64,000 nucleotides of DNA from positions 32,001 to 96,000 of the IMG/VR virus record IMGVR_UViG_3300042330_000854; one strand, 5' to 3'. A program made the translations under genes and the position numbers. Below, one piece after another: positions 42,717 to 52,636 of the stretch. The stretch comes from a virus. Each line of letters begins with the position of its first letter. Within the stretch, counting starts at the first letter, position 1. Under the pieces are notes generated by a model. That model saw nothing but the letters and a program-made list of their open reading frames with translations, had not been told where the DNA came from and ran no database searches.

Positions 42717-45596
42717 ATGGCATTATTATCACCCGGCGTTGAAGTGCAAATTATTGATGAAAGTTTTTCTGGTTCCGCACCAGCAGGAACAATTCCTTTA
42801 ATTATCGTAGCAACTCAACAAGACAAAATTATAGCAAATTCTAACACAATTGCTCAAGGAACGCAAACTGTTAATAACGATAAAGTTTGGAATATTTCTT
42901 CACAACGCGAATTAAGAGAAATTTTTGGTGATCCTGTTTTTTATAATGTGCAAGGTACTCCTATGCATGGTTATGAATTAAATGAACAAGGATTGTTTGC
43001 TGCTTATTCCGTTTTAGGCTTATCAAATAGTTGTTATGTGTTGCGTGCTGATATTGACACCAAACAATTAGAACCAAGTGTAGAAGCCCCAAGAGGACCA
43101 GCATTGCCAGGAACTTATTGGCTTGATACCTCAAATACTGTTTGGGGATTATTTGTTAGTAATGGTAATTCTGTTCCTGGTTCAGCTTGGCAACCTCAAA
43201 CAGTTAAAGTAGTTAATTCAACTGATTATACAGATAACGTTTTTGTTCCATTACCTTCATATGGAAATAATGGCGAGTATGCAGTTGTAACATTAGATGA
43301 TTCAAATAGAATTTATCAAAAAATTTCTGGAAATTGGTATCGTTTAGGTTCAACCGCTTGGAAAACCGCAAATCCAACAGTTATTACTGGATCAAATACT
43401 GTTTCTGCAACTACTCCTGGTGATCAATTAACAATTAATACAGTTAAGGTTACTTTAACTGGTACAACTGTAGCACAAGCAATTGTTAACATTAATAATG
43501 CTGCAATTGCAAATATTACAGCAAGTGCATTTGGTGCAGCTATTAGAATTACTAATACAGCAGGCGAAACAATTACAATTACAGATTTTAACGGTACTCC
43601 TTTGAATAATTTAGGATTGGTTCCCCAAACTAAAAAAGGCTTAACCGTAAAATATTCACCACATTTTCAAGTGCCAACTGGTTCTGTTGCTGGCGATATT
43701 TGGTTTAAAACAACTAATCCAAACTTAGGTGCAAATATAGTTGTTAAATTTATGAATGCTGCTACAAACGCTTGGCAATTGCTTTCAGCGCCACTTTATG
43801 AAAACGATGCTGCTGCCAATGCTTCAACTGCTTTGGGAAGTAATCCTGCAACTGGAACAGTTTATGTTCGTTATAATTTAGATGGTACAACAAATAACCC
43901 ATTAGCAAGTATGCAATTACGTAGATGGAATGGCAACGTTTGGGAAGCTTTAACTTATGAAGCCAATGCTGAAGAACCAAGCACAAGACCTGAAGCAAAT
44001 ACTCTTTGGTATAATACTGATTTCAGGGCCGATATTATGGTTGGTGATGGTCAAAATTGGATTTCTTATCGTAGAAAATTCCCATTAACAAATAAATTTG
44101 GGCCAATTATTAGCGGTTCACAACCAATTTTACAAGATGATGGTAATCCCTTAGTTGAAAATGATCTTTGGATTAATTCAAGTGATTTAGAAAATTATCC
44201 TAAAATTTATCGCTATTCAACTACAACTAGAAAATGGAATTTGATTGATAATACTGATCAAACAACTCCATTTGGTATTGTTTTTGCTGATGCTCGTGAA
44301 AATTCAGGAACAACTTTTACTGGTATTCCAAATCCTGGCACTTATGCTTATGAAAGTGAAGATAGAGAAGCAATGACTTTATCTGATTTCTTAGACCCTG
44401 ATGCGCCTGATCCAAGAGTTTACCCGGACGGTATGCTTTTATTCAATACTCGTTACTCAACTTACAACGTAAAACGTTGGTTGCCAACTTGGTTTGAAGC
44501 TGGTGGTTATGATGAAAATCAAGACTTTACAAATGATTCTTATACTGTTGGCGATCCACTTTATGAATTCCCACCACTTTATTCAAATGGCGGACGTTGG
44601 GTTACAGCAAGTGGTAATCGTGAAAACGGTAGTCCTTATATGGGTAGAAAAGCACAACGTAGAATGATTGTTACTGCAATGCAAGCGGTAGTTACAACCA
44701 ATGAAAATATTCGTTCAGAATTGGTTTATTATAACTTACTTGCTGCCCCAGGTTATCCAGAATTATTGGATGAATTACGTACATTAAACGTAGATCAAAA
44801 ACAATATTCATTTATCGTTGGCGATACACCTTCACGTTTAAAACCAAATTCAACCTCAATTCAATATTGGGCTAAAAATCAAGGTAATTCTGCAACAATG
44901 GGAGAAGATGGATTAACAATTAGTTCTGAATACATTGGCGTTTATTACCCTTGGGGATTAAGTACAAATACTGATGGTTTGGAAATTATGATTGCACCAA
45001 GCACAATGGGATTACGTACTTTAATTTATAATGATAGTGTAGCTTATCCTTGGTTTGCTCCATTTGGCTATAATCGCGGTATTGTAACAAACGCGCAAAG
45101 TGTTGGTTATTTGAACGGTGAAGGTGAATACACACCAGTTATTCTTAATCAAGGACAACGCGATACTCTTTATGTCAATAAAATTAATCCAATTGCTTTT
45201 GAACCAAATCGTGGATTGATTGTAATGGGTCAAAAAACACTTTATGCTTTGGAAACTTCTGCACTTTCACGTATAAATGTTGCTCGTTTAACCAATTATC
45301 TTCGTTATTACTTAGAACGTTTAACAAAACCATTCTTAGGTGAACCAAACGATGATCAAACAAGATTGGCTGCAAAAACCGTAGTTGAACGTTTTTATGT
45401 TGGCTTAGTTGGCTTACGCGCATTAGAAGACTTTGCTGTTGTTTGCGATTTAAGTAATAATACTCCTGAAAGACGTAATAGAAATGAACTATATATCGAC
45501 TCAGCAATTATACCCGTTAAGTCGATTGAGTTCATATTCCTTCCTGTAAGAATTCGTCCTTCAGGAGATAGTTTAGAGTTCAATTTTACACAATAA
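42717..45596 (+). CDS. Contractile tail sheath protein
   Basis: LLSPGVEVQIIDES, PWFAP.G..RG, LY..KINPI, GQKTL..ALSRINVARL, IEFI. Confidence 0.96.
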   Translation: MALLSPGVEVQIIDESFSGSAPAGTIPLIIVATQQDKIIANSNTIAQGTQTVNNDKVWNISSQRELREIFGDPVFYNVQGTPMHGYELNEQGLFAAYSVLGLSNSCYVLRADIDTKQLEPSVEAPRGPALPGTYWLDTSNTVWGLFVSNGNSVPGSAWQPQTVKVVNSTDYTDNVFVPLPSYGNNGEYAVVTLDDSNRIYQKISGNWYRLGSTAWKTANPTVITGSNTVSATTPGDQLTINTVKVTLTGTTVAQAIVNINNAAIANITASAFGAAIRITNTAGETITITDFNGTPLNNLGLVPQTKKGLTVKYSPHFQVPTGSVAGDIWFKTTNPNLGANIVVKFMNAATNAWQLLSAPLYENDAAANASTALGSNPATGTVYVRYNLDGTTNNPLASMQLRRWNGNVWEALTYEANAEEPSTRPEANTLWYNTDFRADIMVGDGQNWISYRRKFPLTNKFGPIISGSQPILQDDGNPLVENDLWINSSDLENYPKIYRYSTTTRKWNLIDNTDQTTPFGIVFADARENSGTTFTGIPNPGTYAYESEDREAMTLSDFLDPDAPDPRVYPDGMLLFNTRYSTYNVKRWLPTWFEAGGYDENQDFTNDSYTVGDPLYEFPPLYSNGGRWVTASGNRENGSPYMGRKAQRRMIVTAMQAVVTTNENIRSELVYYNLLAAPGYPELLDELRTLNVDQKQYSFIVGDTPSRLKPNSTSIQYWAKNQGNSATMGEDGLTISSEYIGVYYPWGLSTNTDGLEIMIAPSTMGLRTLIYNDSVAYPWFAPFGYNRGIVTNAQSVGYLNGEGEYTPVILNQGQRDTLYVNKINPIAFEPNRGLIVMGQKTLYALETSALSRINVARLTNYLRYYLERLTKPFLGEPNDDQTRLAAKTVVERFYVGLVGLRALEDFAVVCDLSNNTPERRNRNELYIDSAIIPVKSIEFIFLPVRIRPSGDSLEFNFTQ

Positions 45597-45621
45597 AAAA
45601 TAATTTAAATTTATTTTAATT

Positions 45622-45651
45622 AAAAAGAGCTTGACTTTCAGGCTCTTTTTT
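45622..45651 (+). terminator. Intrinsic terminator overlapping a TTGACT..TATACT promoter
   Basis: AAAAAGAGCTTGA/TCAGGCTCTTTTT. Confidence 0.75.
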
Positions 45652-45688
45652 CTTTATACTATAAGAAATTAATGAAAGCAAATAAAAA

Positions 45689-46162
45689 ATGATATTAAAT
45701 GAAAAAATAAATTGTGCAGTATGTGGGAAAGAAATGAGTTTAATAACTAATACTCATTTAAAATCTCATAATATGACATTAGATGAATACCGAACAACAT
45801 ATCCAAATGCTCGTTGGCGTAGTGAAAAAATTGAAGAACAACAAAAAATTCATGGTAAAATTTCAAATGAAAAAAGAATCAATGTTCCTCGTTCAGATGA
45901 AACAAAAAAGAAAATTTCTGAAAAATCTAAAGGTCATATTTCACCAACAAAAGGTTTAACTATGACACCAGAACAAAAAATTAATCATCAAAAAGCAATT
46001 GATTTACGAGAACAAAAACGATTAGAAGAAAATAAAAATGGAAATCGTAAAGGTGAAAAACATACTGAAGAAACAAAAGAAAAAATACGTCAAGCTAATT
46101 TAGGAAAAATATTATCAAATGAAACTAAAGAAAAAATGAGTAAAGCAAAAAAGGGAGAATAA
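45689..46162 (+). CDS. Zn-finger plus NUMOD3-repeat protein (nuclease-less HEG remnant)
   Basis: CAVC..HLKSH, RSDETKKKISE, HTEETKEKIR, LSNETKEKMS. Confidence 0.8.
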   Translation: MILNEKINCAVCGKEMSLITNTHLKSHNMTLDEYRTTYPNARWRSEKIEEQQKIHGKISNEKRINVPRSDETKKKISEKSKGHISPTKGLTMTPEQKINHQKAIDLREQKRLEENKNGNRKGEKHTEETKEKIRQANLGKILSNETKEKMSKAKKGE

Positions 46163-46178
46163 CTATTCTCCCTTTTTT
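46147..46178. terminator. Bidirectional intrinsic terminator
   Basis: AAAAAAGGGAGAATA/TATTCTCCCTTTTTT. Confidence 0.85.
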
Positions 46179-46196
46179 ATTAATTATAAAAGAAAA

Positions 46197-46685
46197 TTAA
46201 TCTCCTTTTTCTACTTTACAAATAGCATAATATTCATCAAGTAAACTTGTTTTTGTCGTTCGATACCAAAGAGTTAATAAAATATGTTTCTGTTCTTCAA
46301 AAACATTGAGGAAAAAACTGTTTATTTTGTCATTATATTCTTCGATTCTTTTATGATGCTCTTTATTAATTATTTTCTTTTTTGTATTATATTCAAATAA
46401 TTCTTTTTCAAAATTAGGATTATTATGATAATTTGGTTTAGTTAAACTTGAATAATCAATAACAGGTTTTGGATTATTTTTGATATATTCTTTTAATTCA
46501 GCATTTGCAATTTGACGTGATTCATCAATAATTTTAGATTTCTCAATTTCTAATTTTTTCTTTTTTTCATTTAAAGATAAAAGATATTCATCTGCTTTTG
46601 TTTCGTCATCAAAAACTTTTGCAATAGATTCAATATCACCAAATTTAGAATATTTTGATACTACTACATATGAATAATTAGGCAT
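46197..46685 (-). CDS. Hypothetical protein
   Basis: AGGAG RBS; promoter 46714-46742. Confidence 0.7.
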   Translation of the reverse strand: MPNYSYVVVSKYSKFGDIESIAKVFDDETKADEYLLSLNEKKKKLEIEKSKIIDESRQIANAELKEYIKNNPKPVIDYSSLTKPNYHNNPNFEKELFEYNTKKKIINKEHHKRIEEYNDKINSFFLNVFEEQKHILLTLWYRTTKTSLLDEYYAICKVEKGD

Positions 46686-46742
46686 TTTATATCTCCTTTA
46701 AAATGATAAAATCATAATATCAAAAAATTTTCTATCTGTCAA

Positions 46743-47087
46743 CTAATTTTGTAACAACCATAAACTTTCATCCAATTCATTTTTAAACTCAAGCCATAAA
46801 TGTATGTAATTAATATTATCATTTTTATTATTAATAATATCATAACATAAATTCATATTTAATTTTTTAGTTGCTAATATTAATCCGATAATAAACGGCA
46901 TATTATCAGCTTGAAATTCATAATAATTTAGGATTACGTTTTCAATAAAAATATTATTATTTGTATATTTTTTAAAATTATTAATATCATCATCATTAAC
47001 TTTATATCTATAACTTTCTGATATATCAATTTTAGATAATTTTAATTTATCTAATCTTATTCTATCATTTAATGTAAATTTTAACAT
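46743..47087 (-). CDS. Hypothetical protein with shared C-terminal tag
   Basis: Ends FKNELDESLWLLQN. Confidence 0.7.
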   Translation of the reverse strand: MLKFTLNDRIRLDKLKLSKIDISESYRYKVNDDDINNFKKYTNNNIFIENVILNYYEFQADNMPFIIGLILATKKLNMNLCYDIINNKNDNINYIHLWLEFKNELDESLWLLQN

Positions 47088-47737
47088 TTATCGTCTTTCA
47101 AGTTATTCTGAGTCCAATTTTTACTCCAATGTTCATTTGTTTGAACATGATTTTTTCTAACATATTTTGCCACATTTAATTTAAAATTATCATAATGAAA
47201 ACTATCGACTGTTCTAATTACAAATCCTTCATTGTTAATTGTATCAAAATTTTTAATTAATTGTTGGATAGTTTTTTCAGAATAAATTCCACGATAAATT
47301 GTTTCTACTGAAACGATATTTAATAATTCAAACCATTCTAATGTAGTGTTCCAATCAAGACAAATCTTATTATCCCAAACTGAAAAACTATAAAAGAAAG
47401 ATTTCAAATCTTGATAATCGATACTATGTTTTGCAAATAAATTTTCACCACAAATACGAAAATTTTCTGGAATATTATGTTTTATTTGAGAATGGTAATT
47501 TTTAACCCAATCTCTACTTGGATGATGTTTTGAATCCAAAGAACGTGCATGAAAATAATCATGATAAAAATTTGTATTTTCCCCATCCATTTTCAAAGTT
47601 ATAACAACTTCTTTATTTTCAAAGAAAGAAATATCTGGATGAATTTTATCGTCATCGGTAAATCCTTCGCTTAAAGGATGATGATAAGTTCTTGGATATT
47701 TTATTTTTTCAGAAACCATGATTTTATTTCTTTCCAA
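47081..47737 (-). CDS. ATP-dependent RNA ligase family protein
   Basis: KYPRTYH, motif I KMDGEN, CGEN, EGFVIR, AKYVR. Confidence 0.88.
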   Translation of the reverse strand: MERNKIMVSEKIKYPRTYHHPLSEGFTDDDKIHPDISFFENKEVVITLKMDGENTNFYHDYFHARSLDSKHHPSRDWVKNYHSQIKHNIPENFRICGENLFAKHSIDYQDLKSFFYSFSVWDNKICLDWNTTLEWFELLNIVSVETIYRGIYSEKTIQQLIKNFDTINNEGFVIRTVDSFHYDNFKLNVAKYVRKNHVQTNEHWSKNWTQNNLKDDKC

Positions 47738-47928
47738 ATTGAAATCTTTTCTTTTTCTTCAATAATTTCAATGTAACAATCTACAATATACATTTCAGGA
47801 AAAGAATCCATAGTGTTTTTAAAATATTGTAAAAATTGATTTGCCTCTTCTGAACTTTTTTTAATAGCTATTGTGATTTCTTTATTATCAAAACGACTAC
47901 GAACTTTAATAGCATATTTTTTATTCAT
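47701..47928 (-). CDS. Hypothetical protein
   Basis: AGGAG RBS. Confidence 0.65.
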   Translation of the reverse strand: MNKKYAIKVRSRFDNKEITIAIKKSSEEANQFLQYFKNTMDSFPEMYIVDCYIEIIEEKEKISIWKEIKSWFLKK

Positions 47929-47956
47929 AATTTTTCTCCTTTAAAATGATAATAAT

Positions 47957-47985
47957 ATATTAGAAAATTTTCTGATTTTTGTCAA
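47957..47985 (-). promoter_or_regulatory. Stereotyped strong promoter
   Basis: TTGACA-AAAATCAGAAAATTTTC-TAATAT. Confidence 0.8.
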
Positions 47986-47988
47986 TGT

Positions 47989-48720
47989 TTATTTCCAAGG
48001 ATGATTACGTTGATCTGGACTACGAACTGACATATCCCAATTATAATCAAAAAGATTATTTTTTGTATTACCAATTCGAGAATATTTTTTAGTTGAAAAA
48101 GAAACTTTTAAGAAAGTTCTATAATGATCTTCTTCAACAATTGCACAACGATGAACAACATAAGGTGTCATTTTCAATAAAGTAAAATTATCATATGTGA
48201 TTGGCGTTGTTTCATTTGCAATTTCATCAAATGTTTTCAAAGAACCTTGACAAGTTGTATTTTCCAATGGAAAAGGAACTGCAAAAAATTCTGTAGGAGT
48301 TGAAGAATGTGCAATATAAGTATGTGATACTTTTTCATCGATTGTTTTAATAAAATCAGCATGATCTAATGTTACATCAATTTGTGCATTTTCTTTTTCA
48401 ATGTATGCGTCTGAATGAGCACCAGCACGCCGACCAGTTTTTCCTTTTTTAACTTGTTTTTGATCAACCGTAACATAAACAAAATGGTCAATTGAAAAAC
48501 CATAATTATTTTCTTCAAAATTTAAAGCCATAAAAATAGGCTCTAAAAATGGTTGTAAGATATGTGGAATGCGAAGTCCTTGATCGGGCATGTAAATTGG
48601 CATGTCCAAAACTCTAACATCGTTTTCAGTTGAAAAAGGAATAGGTGAAAATTTCCCAATTACTTCGGGAAGATTAATTTGATTAAAAAGATTATAATCA
48701 AAATTTTCACGAACTTTCAT
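47989..48720 (-). CDS. 2OG-Fe(II) dioxygenase-like protein
   Basis: RRAGAHSD..VHR..RTFLK (HxD..H..R). Confidence 0.65.
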   Translation of the reverse strand: MKVRENFDYNLFNQINLPEVIGKFSPIPFSTENDVRVLDMPIYMPDQGLRIPHILQPFLEPIFMALNFEENNYGFSIDHFVYVTVDQKQVKKGKTGRRAGAHSDAYIEKENAQIDVTLDHADFIKTIDEKVSHTYIAHSSTPTEFFAVPFPLENTTCQGSLKTFDEIANETTPITYDNFTLLKMTPYVVHRCAIVEEDHYRTFLKVSFSTKKYSRIGNTKNNLFDYNWDMSVRSPDQRNHPWK

Positions 48721-48748
48721 GATTTTCTCCTAACTGATTAATAAAATT

Positions 48749-48777
48749 ATTATAGAAAATTTTCTGATTTTTGTCAA
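48749..48777 (-). promoter_or_regulatory. Stereotyped strong promoter
   Basis: TTGACA-AAAATCAGAAAATTTTC-TATAAT. Confidence 0.85.
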
Positions 48778-48780
48778 GGA

Positions 48781-49116
48781 TTAATTTTTCAAATACCACA
48801 AGATTTTATCGGTTTCAGTAAAAACACCAATTTTATGAAAATACAAATCGGGATTTGGATGATCTTTAATCCATTCTTTAATATTGTCATAATGTTTGTC
48901 GTTTAACCAAAATCCTTCTTTTCCATTAGACCAAATATATACCGGGCCGGATAATCGATGATAAATCCACCATTTGTTACACCAATATTTTTCACCTGTT
49001 TGTGTATTCTCAAAAGCGGGCGTATCTTCATTTGGCGAAGAAATCCAACGCCAATAAATATCATCAGCATTATCAGTTGTATATTTCTTACCGTCAACAT
49101 AATATATAAATTTCAT
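48781..49116 (-). CDS. HRLTGPA-family protein, A-type tail
   Basis: Family motifs. Confidence 0.9.
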   Translation of the reverse strand: MKFIYYVDGKKYTTDNADDIYWRWISSPNEDTPAFENTQTGEKYWCNKWWIYHRLSGPVYIWSNGKEGFWLNDKHYDNIKEWIKDHPNPDLYFHKIGVFTETDKILWYLKN

Positions 49117-49328
49117 TTTTGTAATAACCACAAAATATTTTTACCTTCCTTATAACAACTTTTTAATTCTCCTAAATTATGAATTTTATTTATTTTTTGC
49201 TTTTCTCGATGTACTATTCTTTGATAAAATTTTTCTTTATCAATTTTTATAAAATCTTTATGTTCGCAATAATATTCTGTTTCTTCTTCGGTTAAATTTC
49301 TATAATAGTCAAGATAAAGTTTAATCAT
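49113..49328 (-). CDS. Hypothetical protein with shared C-terminal tag
   Basis: Ends EGKNILWLLQK. Confidence 0.65.
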   Translation of the reverse strand: MIKLYLDYYRNLTEEETEYYCEHKDFIKIDKEKFYQRIVHREKQKINKIHNLGELKSCYKEGKNILWLLQK

Positions 49329-49366
49329 AATTTGTAATTTCTTTTAATATTTGATATACATAATAT

Positions 49367-49945
49367 ATGAAAAATGTTAGAAATGCAACAAAAAACCAAT
49401 TAGATTACTATCCAACACCACCATCAGCAACATATGCGTTATGTGAAGATGTTTTAAAAGATTTTGATTTAAAAAATTACTCATGTTGGGAACCGGCTTG
49501 TGGTGAAAATTATATGAGTGATATTTTAAAAAAATATTTTAAAACTGTAAGAAACTCAGATATTGAAAATTATGGCAATAATGAAATAATTGATTTTTTA
49601 AATCATAAAGAACAAAATTATGATTGGGTTATTACTAATCCACCATATAATTTAAGTTTAGAATTTGCTTTAAAAAGTTTAGACAGCGTTAATGTTGGTG
49701 TTAGTTTTCTTGTAAGAACTGCTTGGTTGGAAAGTAAAACTCGTTATGATAATTTATTTTCAAAACATCCACCTTTTAGAATTTCACAATTTGTTCAAAG
49801 AGTGCAAATGCAGAAAAATACAATTGAAAAAACATCTGGAAGTTCAACAATAGCATATTGTTGGATTACTTGGCTTAAAAATTATACTGGAAAAACAGAA
49901 TTTACCTGGATTGAACCACATGTAGAAAAATTTAAAGGAAGATAA
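49367..49945 (+). CDS. DNA amino-methyltransferase (orphan)
   Basis: DYYPTP, WEPACG, TNPPY. Confidence 0.9.
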   Translation: MKNVRNATKNQLDYYPTPPSATYALCEDVLKDFDLKNYSCWEPACGENYMSDILKKYFKTVRNSDIENYGNNEIIDFLNHKEQNYDWVITNPPYNLSLEFALKSLDSVNVGVSFLVRTAWLESKTRYDNLFSKHPPFRISQFVQRVQMQKNTIEKTSGSSTIAYCWITWLKNYTGKTEFTWIEPHVEKFKGR

Positions 49946-49957
49946 TTATCTTCCTTT
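49933..49957. terminator. Bidirectional intrinsic terminator
   Basis: AAAGGAAGATAA/TTATCTTCCTTT. Confidence 0.8.
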
Positions 49958-50420
49958 AATCATAATAATTATGTGGTTGAAATTTTTTCCACTTTAAGCA
50001 ATATTCAATATCATCTCGATTTATTAGATATAAAACTTTACCATCTTTCTTACCTGTACCAAAGCGATAAATTATACTTAGTGATTGAAAACCGTCAACA
50101 AAATTATCAATAGCTTCTAAAGCTGAACAAATATTCTTTTCATCAATACCTTCAATGTTAGATTGTTTTTGAGGATCACGAGAATTTATTGCAGACCTAA
50201 TCCAATTGTTTTTCATAGCTGCATATAAAACTTCACCATTATAATCTGTATATTCAGTGATATTATCCATATTAATTTTAGACAAATCAACATTAAAAAT
50301 ATCAGGATGATTTAATACATCCTGAGTATGATTTCTACTACCTTCTTCTAATACAAATCTCATTGTTTTTGTTGGCACATGATACCAAATTCTAGTTTGA
50401 TTTCTTGAATTAAATTTCAT
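49956..50420 (-). CDS. Hypothetical protein
   Basis: ORF. Confidence 0.7.
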   Translation of the reverse strand: MKFNSRNQTRIWYHVPTKTMRFVLEEGSRNHTQDVLNHPDIFNVDLSKINMDNITEYTDYNGEVLYAAMKNNWIRSAINSRDPQKQSNIEGIDEKNICSALEAIDNFVDGFQSLSIIYRFGTGKKDGKVLYLINRDDIEYCLKWKKFQPHNYYD

Positions 50421-50421
50421 T

Positions 50422-51039
50422 TTAAATCCATAATCCTAAATATTCTAATTTTAAAGACTCAATTTGTGATGTTGGAACAGCAATCCCTTGCAAATAAAAA
50501 TTTTCTGAAATTGCATCTTTTTCATCTTTTCCACGTTGAAATTTAAAACGGCGCTTTTTTAGTCCAGAATAAATATCTCCCAAATCAGATTGAGTTAATT
50601 GATTGGTATTACCAATTTTAACAAATACATAAGGCGTTGCCGTTTCAATAGCATTAACAAATTTTTGATCACCAAATAATAATGCTTCTTGATTGAATTG
50701 TTTTGCTAATTCAATTGCAAAATCTAAAAATTCACTTGGAGTTAAATTGGCTTTTGCCAATAAAGGCACAAAAAAACTTAATTCTTCTACCTTGTTAGTT
50801 TCACCATTTTCTAAGGTTTCAATCCAGTGTCCAACCAATTGAATTCCGCCGTAACCTAATCGATTACGAACTTTATTAATCAATTGATTAGTTCGTTTCA
50901 AATTTTCTTCTCGTGTAAATTCTGATCGAAATGCACTAAGAATAAAAAATTCTGTTGAATTCATAAAATGATAAAGACGTGAAAGTTTTGCCCCACCAGT
51001 TTCATTAATTGAATTATCGCCAATTTTTTTAATTTTCAT
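50422..51039 (-). CDS. Conserved-type phage protein (SAFR..EN..R..G.W.E..E.SF..F.Q)
   Basis: Motif pattern; AGGAG RBS. Confidence 0.7.
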   Translation of the reverse strand: MKIKKIGDNSINETGGAKLSRLYHFMNSTEFFILSAFRSEFTREENLKRTNQLINKVRNRLGYGGIQLVGHWIETLENGETNKVEELSFFVPLLAKANLTPSEFLDFAIELAKQFNQEALLFGDQKFVNAIETATPYVFVKIGNTNQLTQSDLGDIYSGLKKRRFKFQRGKDEKDAISENFYLQGIAVPTSQIESLKLEYLGLWI

Positions 51040-51102
51040 TAATTTTCTCCTTTAATATTTAATAAATTATATATGAAAAATTTTAATTTGTAAACCTAAA
51101 AA

Positions 51103-51402
51103 TTAGCTGTATTTTAACAACATTTCAATTTGAAAAGAATTGTCTTGATTTGGGTGATCTTTTAACCAATCATGAATATTTTCATATCTTTTCCCATTTA
51201 AATAAAAATATTTAGTTCCATTTGATGCAATATATGCGGGTCCAGTTAATCGATGATAAGTATAACCTTTAACAACCCATTCTTTTACACCTGTAATTAA
51301 GTTTTCAAGTGCTGGTGTTTGTTCATTTGGGGATGATATCTCAAACCAAAGAACTTTATCTGAAATAAATTTTTCACCATCAATATAATAAATATATGTC
51401 AT
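51103..51402 (-). CDS. HRLTGPA-family protein, B-type tail
   Basis: Family motifs. Confidence 0.9.
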   Translation of the reverse strand: MTYIYYIDGEKFISDKVLWFEISSPNEQTPALENLITGVKEWVVKGYTYHRLTGPAYIASNGTKYFYLNGKRYENIHDWLKDHPNQDNSFQIEMLLKYS

Positions 51403-51420
51403 TTCTTTTTAAATACTTTC

Positions 51421-51933
51421 ATGGATAATAATTTACTTGAAAAAATCGAAAATAATCCACACTTAAAAGATATTCTTGTTTCTTTAGAAGATGTATTGGA
51501 TAATTTCGATATTTATGTTTATAAAAATTGGTATAAAGGAATATTAGTTAATGGTCCTTTATTTCGTCGCCATTGGATTAGTATTATTTTAGAATATGAT
51601 TTAGATAGTAAACCTGATCCTCTTTTTGCTGAAAGAGTTGAACCATTAGGTATTAAAATAAATACTAAAAAACGAATAATAAAATTACAACAACCAAAAC
51701 CACAATTATTAGTTAAACCTTTAGGAACAGAAGATAGCTTAACTGATTTAAACAATCAAGAAGAAAAAGAAACAAAAACAACTTGGCTTGTTGAACTTAT
51801 GTTTCCTAAAAGATTAATTGGCGATGTTACAGGTTTGGATTTAGAACAATATGATCAACACTTTGATTTAAGCGATTTAGAACAAGCAGAAGAACAAAAT
51901 ATTGATAATACAGCAATGGCAGAAGAACGATGA
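51421..51933 (+). CDS. Conserved-type hypothetical protein
   Basis: LDNFDIYVYKNW..GP..RHW..PDP. Confidence 0.7.
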   Translation: MDNNLLEKIENNPHLKDILVSLEDVLDNFDIYVYKNWYKGILVNGPLFRRHWISIILEYDLDSKPDPLFAERVEPLGIKINTKKRIIKLQQPKPQLLVKPLGTEDSLTDLNNQEEKETKTTWLVELMFPKRLIGDVTGLDLEQYDQHFDLSDLEQAEEQNIDNTAMAEER

Positions 51934-52433
51934 TAACAGAAGGATTACATAATAAAGATTTGGAATATATGGTTAGACCTGTTATTTCATTAGATGAATA
52001 TATTAGTAAAATTGATACAACTGCAATTGTAGTTGGTTTTTATTGTGATGACCGCGATAGCGCTAATGATTTAAATAAATTTATTCAACGTTGCCCAATA
52101 AACCTTTTAGATTCTGAAGTTTCATTAAGTCCAAACGCACAAGGCGAATATATGGTTTTTGTTGAATTTTTAAATAATAAAAATTTGATTAATGAATTAA
52201 AAAAAGTATTTTCACATTTAAAAAACTTAACTAATATAAATGATTGGCAAATAAGATATAAAACTAAAACTTATTCAATTGATAATTTACAATTATCAGA
52301 AACTTTAACATATAATAATATTCAAAGATTTGATTTAATTGAATCTATTAGTTATAATAATAAATTGATTATGAAATTAAAAAATGGCTATTTTGTTTTA
52401 GAAAATAACATTATTAGAAAGGTTATTAAATGA
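51930..52433 (+). CDS. Conserved-type hypothetical protein
   Basis: ISLDEY.SK..A.DL..F..D.EVS..G.Y.VFVE. Confidence 0.7.
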   Translation: MITEGLHNKDLEYMVRPVISLDEYISKIDTTAIVVGFYCDDRDSANDLNKFIQRCPINLLDSEVSLSPNAQGEYMVFVEFLNNKNLINELKKVFSHLKNLTNINDWQIRYKTKTYSIDNLQLSETLTYNNIQRFDLIESISYNNKLIMKLKNGYFVLENNIIRKVIK

Positions 52434-52636
52434 TTGTAGATGTTCCTTTTGATCGAGCAACTGTATTAAAAACTCAACCTTTGTTTAAACAAATTCATTT
52501 TGAATTAAAACCTGAATTAGAAAAATATTTAAATCACGCAAAAATAGAACATATCGTTGAAAACAAACATCATTTTATCCGTTTTGTTTTCAACGATATT
52601 ACAGATTTTACTGTTTTTGCATTGCAATTTAGTTAA
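52430..52636 (+). CDS. Small protein with shared C-terminal tag
   Basis: Ends FNDITDFTVFALQFS. Confidence 0.7.
   Translation: MIVDVPFDRATVLKTQPLFKQIHFELKPELEKYLNHAKIEHIVENKHHFIRFVFNDITDFTVFALQFS

Noticed and set aside
38905-49945. 38905-39531 plus the MTase as a restriction-modification pair
   Set aside because: The nuclease motif is weak and the genes are 10 kb apart on opposite strands.
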